NCBI GenBank assembly: GCA_965644295.1
Contig: CBFFRP010000513.1
Coordinates: forward strand, 1 to 13,235
Direction: 5' to 3'
Origin: Paraphysomonas bandaiensis
Taxonomy: Eukaryota; Protista; Chrysophyceae
Length of the DNA: 13,235 nt
Position 1 is the first letter of the stretch. Each line of letters begins with the position of its first letter. Positions 1 to 9,011 of the stretch are shown here, piece after piece. A program made the translations under genes and the position numbers. The notes below the pieces were generated by a model. That model saw only the letters and a list, made by a program, of their open reading frames with translations, had not been told where the DNA came from and searched no databases.

Positions 1-100
1 CCTCAATCCATTGTTCAACGTTAGTCTCGTTGAACTGAGGAACTACTCCTCTATCCTCCTTCTCTCCTCCTCGCTCGCTACCATGTTGGGAAATGCTCAT
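1..100 (-). CDS. Possible 5' end of an ORF running off the window edge (MSISQHGSERGGEKEDRGVVPQFNETNVEQWIE...), weakly like a Copia Gag N-terminus
   Basis: ATG at 100-98 preceded by AAA, open for 33 codons to position 1, and more GC-rich than the AT-rich 100-730 region. VPQFNETNVEQW resembles the P-x-F-x-G-x-N-Y-x-x-W motif that opens Ty1/Copia Gag. Too short to be sure; no LTR or PBS found. Confidence 0.3.
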   Translation of the reverse strand, partial: MSISQHGSERGGEKEDRGVVPQFNETNVEQWIE

Positions 101-936
101 TTTACTTAGATCAAAGAGAGATTAAGTTGTTAGACTAGATAGATTTATTAATATCGTTTACACGAATTGTGTTAAACAACACAAGCTCGTTTTGTGCCAT
201 GCATAAATCACTACTTCTGTAGACCTTTCGCTACTAAACATATCTTGAAAGAGCAAACTATTTCAGTTTTCTCAATATCATAACAGCATCTACACATCAC
301 CATACTTCACTGTATTCTCGTACATTGTCTTCAAGTACCACATTGAATATACTAGGATACAGTCCATATTCTAATAGTCTACACTTAAACCTTAACCTTG
401 CTTTGTTGAACACTGTGCACTTACAAGTAAAATAATGCCTCTGCTATTAAACTTGTCTAGTAAATAAAATATCATTATAATATATACCCTATGAAATATA
501 GTATTGTTATTTCATTACCATTTTTCAAATTCTCAAGACTATTTTAAAATGATTTACAATACTTATTTATTATACATATAACATTAAGTCTTGTTTACTT
601 GTTTACTGCATTTTCACAATTTTGAGTGATTTATTGAGACTTGTATTCGCAAAGTTCAGTTAAGTTACTTCATGAGTCAAAATGTAGACTTCTTATAGTT
701 CAACATTTATACTGTTAGATTTCTTTCCCTCCTCCATTCATTCCATGTACATCAGATATATGTTTGTATCATCATTAACATGTTGATTTTTCATGTAACA
801 GCGCCAACGATAGCTTCGCTTACATATCACAAAAAAGTACACGCATTGAATAACATGCTGTGGGATCCGTCGCAGATAACGCCGACTGTCGGCCAAACTA
901 AATAGAGTTGTAGAATATATAAACGAACTTCGCAAA

Positions 937-3900
937 TCACAAGTATTCATCCACATCTTCTATATCCGTCAAATCCACTGCAAACACCAACCTCTCCTGA
1001 CTTTGTGCAACGTTACTCTCTTCTTGTTCAATCACATCAAACAGGCTATCCTTTCCTTCAGATAACTTCAAACTAGTACTTGCATCAGCCCCATGCATCA
1101 AATCAGGTAAACTCGTTTGGGCACCATGTATCGACGTATGTTTTATGGAGGGTGATACCTCGCTCAATGGTGGATTTGCATATCGTACAGTTATATCATC
1201 CATACTTCCCATAGTCGACATAGAACGTAAAAGTTCAAATCGTCGGTGCCACAACTTACTTTTAGGATTAATAATTCCCTCCATATCAAAATCGGCATCA
1301 CTCATACTCTCCATTCGCATTTCCCTAACCTGAGGAGTAAAAGACATATCCTCCTTGTCACTAGAAGTATCAAATACACTACTTCCTACACTACTTCCAG
1401 TGACGGAGACTTGACGGATTTCATCGTTTTTCGTATCCGTTCCCATCGATTGCAGTTGTGACGATAGATTTGACAGAGAGTACTCTATGCTATTCCGGCT
1501 ACGCACAGCACTGGAGCAATCAGATAATTCTAGACTCTTTCGATTCCTAGGTGATACTTTACTGGTATTAGACCACCGATGCGCAGAAGAGTATCCCACT
1601 CCAACTTCTTCGTCTGTACACAAAGAAAAGTGTTCTTCATTGTCGCCTAAACTTCCCGATACAGCACGGAGTGAGCACTTACAAGTCGGTGACACTGGGC
1701 GAACGGTAACCACCACTGATCCGTCAGAACCTTGAGTTCGTTGGGCCATCGATATATCATCTGTAAGTTCTTTCCCTTCGACATCAACATTTTTCTCATT
1801 TTCGTACCTTGAGCTAAAGTATATAAACTTCCTTCTCTCCCAGCCTTTGATGTGGTAATATATAAGGGGAGCAACGACAACCACAAGACACCCCACTACA
1901 CCCAGTGCTTCCCCTGCGCTTAGCTGTGATAGTAGGATACTGAAATACCCAAACGCAGGCCAAGTTAAAGCGTTGAATAGTTGTTCCGTAGTGCAAGAAG
2001 GTAAATTTGATATCGCACTGGCCATATAAACAAGTAATATCGCCATGCTATTAGTAAAGGCGGTTACACGAAACTTGGCCCTAATAGAAGCCGCGGAAGC
2101 ATTGTCTTCACGCTTATACGCCACTTTCGGTACATCCATACGAAAACTTCTGAGTAGTGCACTTTCTTCAAGGTCAGGAAAGGCATTGGCAACCATCTTC
2201 GACACAAAGAAGTATTTGCATGCATCAAATGATTCTTCTTCAAAGGGGCGGTTGTAGAGACTCTTGTGCCGAGATAAGGAAGTTTTAAAGGCATTCAGCT
2301 CCTCAAGGACACGTTTTTTAATGCTCTTAACCTCCTTATATAGTACCGCAGGAACAACAAAGCGGCCGAACACCATACACATCGTGGATACAACGAATAC
2401 TTCCAATACCAACCAGACAAGGAAACTGTACAACCAGGCACTTTGACGCTCACTCGACTGGGTGAGAGCATACAAATACGAGTAAAACAGAAGCAACAGA
2501 TCAAATACAATTATCCCACACCACGTCATGACCTTAAGCCAAAGCGGTACAGATGCACGCATGTTGGTGATCGTGTCCTGTTCATCTTTAAGAGAAATGC
2601 GTCCCGTGGTAGCCATCAGTAAGTCCCGCTGAAAGAGTACCAAAAGCCGTTTCCGTCGGATTGGCAATGGTTGGGTTTTCAAAATAGAAATCTCGCGGTC
2701 AGCTGCATTTCGTGCAGCAAAGATATCACTCAGTATCACATCCAAAGGTGATCGTTCTTTTACCAATGGTTTTCGCGCCGAAAAATCAAAATCAGTGGCA
2801 TGGTTAGTGGGAGACGGAAGGCGCGGAGATATATTCCCTCTGGGTGATGAACATTTCAAAAATTCCTTCACCTTCTTAAAATCCAGCCCCCAGGCCTTGT
2901 CAAATTTGTGCCGCTCAGAGGTCGTTAGTATCTCGCGATACTGCACCATTCCTTGAAGCAATTCCTCTCTCTCTAGTATCGCTTTCTGCTTATTCTGTGC
3001 CATTTCTTCTGGATTCGTTTGTCCAAACAAAACAACACTAAATCTAGGCGACGCAGAAGGATTACATTTTACTCTATGAGCTACCTCCGATGTGCTTGTA
3101 GTATTCTCAGTGCGGGTCGGCAAATTGAGAATATTTAAAATAAGATACTCCAGTATAAGCATGACAGGAACGCTCATCATCGCGGAAACGATAGCAGAAA
3201 CAACTACCGCCTTCGTCGAATCCTCTGGCTCTCGAAAAAAACACTTGGAACTCTCATTGTTCCAGTAGCACTTACTTTCTCCATATGCTAGGGCGGATTT
3301 CTCTTCGACGCATGCTACCTCGGATAGGTGGTGCTTGCAAGAACCATCATCTGGGTGAGCAATGTTGTAAAGAAGAGAATTGAAAAATAGTGTACACACT
3401 ACAATAGAAACCAAGGCAAGGAGTCTTAGATTCCTAGGAAAGTCCGGACTGTGGTGATAAATCACGGAAGCCCACCTATGTGACCGTTTGGTTTCATCAA
3501 CAAATATTTCCATCCAAGGTCTCAGGCGTAAAATCGAAGGGAAAATAGAATCCACATCGACATCGGCTGTCGTCGCATGCAGCGATGTGATGCTCTGCTT
3601 TCGACTTCTCCTGGATACATTGGATCCCACGTTTATACTATAGTCAGTATAGTTGAAATATATGAACCCTGCTAGAAAGATAACAACTAACATGGACAAT
3701 GTGATCAAAACTTTAAATGATTGCTGTACATCAGTCGAGGACAAGTTTGCAGTTGTTTTCCAGGTGGAAACAAAGTCTGCTGACACTGACTGCATCATTG
3801 TGATGAATTGCACTTGATGTAGAGTCTTATCTTCTTCGTCATCTTGTGATTGTAATCTACCACCTTCCAAGAGTTGATTCGAGCAGGTGCAGTGTGTAGT

Positions 3901-6900
3901 AAATGGTGTGCTAAATTTTTCATCTACTACACAAAGCGAGGTAGCGGAAAGACCACCGTTATCCAGAATGCCACAAGTGGGAGCTGTACCGGGACAGAGA
4001 ATCTCCCACACGCCCACAGTGCCATTACACGACACGTTGGCAATATAACCACTCGGGCATTCGTAACTGACATCCAGTTCTGCATCTTCGGCTGTACAGA
4101 CTACAGTCACTACACTTATATTAAGTGGGTCAGCCGGAATGTTGTTCTCGAGAACTAGCCGTAACCCTAAATTCTCCTGGGCTCTACGACGGCCAGTTGA
4201 GCTTAAATTATTAGATGACGCAGATTGTATAACCTGGACGGAGTTGGAGTACGTAGATATGTTCCACGATGAGTATATCGACTGGTCCAACGATAACAGA
4301 CACATGCCTGATGGTTCATCAAACGAAAACTGGATCTTGGAAAACGGTTTGCCCACAAACTCTTCGCTCGCAGATGTAGGTACAGATAAAAGTGTATCTC
4401 TACCTCGAATCGTCTGCAGTAAAGCGATTCGAATTTTTGAATTTACTGACTCATACGCGTATTCTCCCTCAGACATATCTTCCAGTAAAAAACCACAATA
4501 CATACCAAGTGCCTCCATGACATTTTCAATCCATCCATTCTTATAGCCAGAACTTTGATCAGCTGCATCAATGTATGAGTTGAATGACAACAGCGCATCA
4601 ATGGTTGATAGAATTTGCGATAAAGAAACACTCGAGAGCTCAACGAACTCGTCATTAGAAGCAATATGTAGTACATCTTCTATGACTTGAAGGGCACACT
4701 CAGCACCACGAGATGATAACTTTTTCGGATCCTGTGTCAATGTATATAGGGTTGACACCCATGACTCAGTTGATTCTCTGGAATCAGAGATATTTGCGCT
4801 TGTCGACGTTGTTAAACTAAGTTCACATAGAATGAGTTCGATAGACCTGCTCCTACGAATCGCTGTCTCTATTGTAACACTACATAACTCTCCAAAATAA
4901 CCCTCATCACAGATACATACAGCACTACAGGACAAATCGCCCTTATTGCAAACATCAATTGTGATATCGAGGTCAGAAAGCTCATACTTACAAACACCAT
5001 GACCAGAGCAATTGTTGCGACAAAAGAGTTTTTCAGAAACGCAGCGATTTTTTTCACACCTAAGAAAAGGTTGGCAGTCACTCTGTGATGTGCATATATC
5101 ATCGAGCGATATATTTACACCTACATCACTTAGAGCACTACACATATCATTCGCGTGTCCATCATCTCCTAAATATCCATCCCAACACTCTCCACAAGTA
5201 TCGTCATACTTAGAACAAATAGCTCGGTGCAGTGCTGTGCAGTTAGGAGCGTTCATACATGACGCTGAACTAACAACTACAGCGGACACTGCCAACATAT
5301 CATCATGGGCAGAAGTATTTCGAGAACTCGCCAAAATTGTAGACAAATTTGCATCAATATTATCTACAGTTGCTGGTGTCACATATACTTTCATTGAATC
5401 TTCTTGGCGTGCATGGAGACTGTCATAAACCCTCGCCATGCATGTGAGAGAGTAATTCGATACATCATAGCCCCTTGGAAGATAGCCTTGGGTGCTATTC
5501 GTTTCCGAAAAACTGCTTATCTTCACAAAGGACGAGTGAACAGTCAAAAAGCCAAAAATGTAGGAGAGAGGAAGGTCTTCATCTGTCCAATCAAACGCCT
5601 CAAAATCAAAGGTAGTGACAAGCTCTTGCCCAACTATAGGGTTCACAGACAGGTCCCCGCCCTGGGGAGGGTTATTTATGTATACAACAACTGACTCCCG
5701 ACTAATACCAACATCGTCCGCTGCAGTAACAGTAAGTGTGAAGGTATACATTGACACTCCCGCAGCAAGTGTGTGTGGTGATAACACAAGGTTCACAGAC
5801 GTAGATGTATCGCTAGGGAATATGGAATACATTGTCGGAGTCAAGGCACCTGAGTCGATATCCACATCGCCGTTGTCGATTGACCAGGCGGCTACTCCTT
5901 GCACGGAAGCAGACACTTCCGCCTTGAGCGTCAACTTCTGACCAACGAGCTTGATACTATTCGTTGAAGTGATGTCTATTCTAAAGCTACGAAGCAATTC
6001 TGTCGGGACAGCTGTGGGTACACTAGAAAAATTAGTGGTGGGCGACGCCGTTGGTATGAGTGTTGATGAACTAGTAGGAACATTGGACGTTGGCAGACAG
6101 GAAGGAAAATAAATGGGCACACTACTTGGCTCGCCTATATGATCCAACAGCGGCACCCCACTTGGTGAGAAAGATGGAATGGGCGTAGGTCTTGATGTCG
6201 GAGATGTTGTGAGCAAATATGACGGAGAGCATGTCGGGCTATCACTAGAGTAAAAAGATGGAAATGCAGTCGGAAGCCCAGTGGGGTGACTAGATGGCCT
6301 TCCAGAAGGAATGCATGAAGGTTCTCCAGTGGGTAGTCCACTTGGCGCAAATGTAGGCACACTCGATGGAACAATCGTTGGCCCATCAGTAGGAAAATAC
6401 GTAGGTATTGGTGTAGGAATAGAAGTAGGCTGACCAGACGGCTCACCCATAGGAACACTAGTAGGAACAGTACTAGGTGAAGCTGTCGTAGGTAATCCAG
6501 CTGGCTGAGCACTTGGACAACTAGAAGGAATTCCACTGGGATCACAAGTGGGTTCTCCAGTGGGTAAGAATGTCGGGAAACACGTGGGCAGAGCACTTGG
6601 ACAACTAGAAGGAATTCCACTGGGCTCACAAGTGGGTTCTCCAGTGGGTAAGAATGTTGGAAAACACGTGGGCAGAGCACTTGGACAACTAGAAGGAATT
6701 CCACTGGGCTCACAAGTGGGTTCTCCAGTGGGTAAGAATGTCGGAAAACACGTGGGCAGAGCACTTGGACAACTAGAAGGAATTCCACTGGGCTCACAAG
6801 TGGGTTCTCCAGTGGGTAAGAATGTCGGAAAACACGTGGGCTGAGCACTTGGACAGCTAGAAGGAATTCCACTGGGCTCACAAGTGGGTTCTCCAGTGGG

Positions 6901-8198
6901 TAAGAATGTTGGAAAACTCGTAGGCTGGGCACTTGGACAACTAGAAGGAATTCCACTGGGCTCACAAGTGGGTTCTCCAGTGGGTAAGAATGTCGGAAAA
7001 CACGTGGGTAGAACACTTGGACAACTAGAAGGAATTCCACTGGGCTCACAAGTGGGTTCTCCAGTGGGTAAGAATGTTGGAAAACTCGTAGGCTGGGCAC
7101 TTGGACAACTAGAAGGAATTCCACTGGGCTCACAAGTGGGTTCTCCAGTGGGTAAGAATGTCGGAAAACACGTGGGCAGAGCACTTGGACAACTAGAAGG
7201 AATTCCACTGGGCTCACAAGTGGGTTCTCCAGTGGGTAAGAATGTCGGAAAACACGTGGGCTGAGCACTTGGACAGCTAGAAGGAATTCCACTGGGCTCA
7301 CAAGTGGGTTCTCCAGTGGGTAAGAATGTCGGAAAACACGTGGGCAGAGCACTTGGACAACTAGAAGGAATTCCACTGGGCTCACAAGTGGGTTCTCCAG
7401 TGGGTAAGAATGTCGGGAAACTCGTAGGCTGAGCACTTGGACAACTAGAAGGAATTCCACTGGGCTCACAAGTGGGTTCTCCAGTGGGTAAGAATGTCGG
7501 AAAACACGTGGGCTGAGCACTTGGACAACTAGAAGGAATTCCACTGGGCTCACAAGTGGGTTCTCCAGTGGGTAAGAATGTCGGAAAACTCGTAGGCTGG
7601 GCACTTGGACAACTAGAAGGAATTCCACTGGGCTCGCAAGTGGGTTCTCCAGTGGGTAAGAATGTCGGAAAACTCGTAGGCTGGGCACTTGGACAACTAG
7701 AAGGAATAAGAGTAGGTACCGTGGATGGGGTTCTTGTTGGCGATGAACTTGGATCCGGACAAGCAATTACTACTTTACGTATAGCATGATTTGAGGAATC
7801 AGCAACGAGAAAATATAAACTACTGGGTGACAATGACACTCCGTATGGGCCATTAAATGTAGCAGAAGTCAATGTTGCACTATTACTAAATCCTGAGCTT
7901 CCAGAGCCTGCAAATGTTGATACTTCTCCAGTAGAAATAGTAATTCTTCGTATTTTATGATTGCTATAATCTGACACATAAGCGTATATATCGGAATCGT
8001 CTATATCGCAAGAAGTTGGTCGTTGAAATCTTGCATTCGTACCAACAGCATCGACGTCACCACTGCTCGTTCCTGCGAGCGTGGTTACCTCCTTGGTGCT
8101 CACAATAACCTTGCGGATGCGGTGCTCAACCACCAATATGAAGGAATTATCAGATGATATACAGAGATTCAATGGTCGATCAAACTCGGCATTTGTTC
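937..8198 (-). CDS. Exon 2 of a 2633-aa polycystin-1/PKDREJ-like membrane protein (NHL blades 4-6, PT/PS stalk, REJ, EGF-like, GPS-like, about 8 TM, Ser-rich tail)
   Basis: Uninterrupted frame of more than 2400 codons ending in TGA at 939-937. REJ-type motif NNPPQGGDLSVNP..G.EL.T.FDFEAFDWTDEDLPLSYIF (about 5545-5676). EGF-like CRNNCSGHGVC...CICDEGYFGELC (about 4880-5025). CVV...TTHCTC (about 3880-3935) precedes the first hydrophobic helix. HRWASV...FPRNLR resembles the PKD1 segment before TM2. Further hydrophobic helices lie between about 3720 and 1850. The track's start at 8172 is an internal TTG; the frame extends to the acceptor at 8198. Confidence 0.9.
6503..7707 (-). repeat. Coding minisatellite, 84-bp unit, 14 full copies plus a partial copy, encoding PSSCPSA(Q/L)PT(S/C)FPTFLPTGEPTCEPSGI
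   Basis: Anchor ctagaaggaat recurs every 84 bp at 6521, 6605 ... 7697 (15 occurrences). Units differ at only a few positions and show no indels. Confidence 0.98.
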
Positions 8199-8328
8199 CT
8201 GCGATAAGTTAGACATGTGCAGGTAAATATGCTATCATATAACAAGATATGGACACACGAGTCATGCGACAGGACCATCACAGTGCAGCGCAAATCCATG
8301 TTACATACAGATAGTATTGCTCACTAAC
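8199..8328 (-). other. Spliceosomal GT-AG intron, 130 nt, phase 1
   Basis: Minus-strand donor G|GTTAGT at 8328, branch motif CTAAC at 8212-8208, acceptor CGCAG| ending at 8199. Splicing gives the in-frame GNQDGIGTNAEFDRPL, matching the DAxGTNARFxxP pattern of neighbouring NHL repeats. Confidence 0.95.
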
Positions 8329-8968
8329 CAATGCCATCTTGGTTTCCACTTGACCCTCGTCCTGCGAGTGTCGATACAACAGCAGTAGATACTGCAATAC
8401 GCCGTATTATATGGGAATTATAATCGCATACAACAGCGAAGGCGTCATCTACAGCGAGGGCAATTCCGGTAGGGGAATTGTGCGTCGCAGCTGTGCTTGT
8501 GCCATCAGCGCTCCCTGATGATCCGCTTCCGGTAAAGTGGGTAACTACTTTCGTAGATATAACTACTTTTCGAATACGATGATTACCACTATCAGCTACG
8601 AGGACATAGGAGTCATCAGATGATATTGCAACGGCATTGGGCGCCGCGAATCTGGCAGACGTTCCAGTTCCACTTGCTGAACCTCTCGAACCAGAACCAG
8701 CTACTGTGCTCACAACAGCAGTAGTGAGGTTAATATATCGTACAGTATGACCTAATCGCCCGACAACTATAGCGAACGAAGCACTCGCCGACACATCGAC
8801 GCCTACAGGCGTTCGAAAGCGAGCATTAGTGCCTTCCGCATCTATATAACCAATACTTCCACTTCCTGCTGCTGTAAACACGCCAATCTGAGAGCATGAG
8901 TCGATTCCGTTGACGAGAAATAGAATACACACATAGACAATAATACACAGGTGTTGCACAGTAATCAT
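8329..8968 (-). CDS. Exon 1 of the polycystin-like gene: signal peptide and NHL repeats 1-3 plus the start of repeat 4
   Basis: ATG at 8968, hydrophobic leader (MITVQHLCIIVYVCILFLVNG), and about 56-aa repeats of the form VST.AGSG..G..DG.GT.A.F..P.G.A.S.D....V.D..NH.IR. The apparent TAG stop at 8326-8324 lies inside the intron donor. Confidence 0.92.
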
Positions 8969-8975
8969 ATAATGT

Positions 8976-8979
<4 letters not shown>

Positions 8980-9009
<30 letters not shown>
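8980..9009. repeat. (TA)15 microsatellite
   Basis: Direct read of alternating TA from 8980 to 9009, 11 nt upstream of the minus-strand ATG at 8968. Confidence 0.95.

Positions 9010-9011
<2 letters not shown>

Noticed and set aside
738-5941. Short ORFs overlapping or antisense to the large gene
   Set aside because: Shadow ORFs with no recognisable motifs; the main frame explains the sequence.
6503-7707. CRISPR-like appearance of regularly spaced repeats
   Set aside because: No unique spacers; whole units are near-identical and in frame within a eukaryotic exon.
6135-7766. 543-aa alternative-frame ORF and the antisense ORFs at 6548, 6884 and 7556
   Set aside because: By-products of an 84-bp (multiple of 3) repeat unit that lacks stops in those frames. 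They end soon after the array and have no independent coding signal.
8324-8968. Stand-alone 214-aa secreted NHL protein
   Set aside because: Its stop codon is part of the intron donor GTTAG, and splicing restores a continuous NHL repeat.
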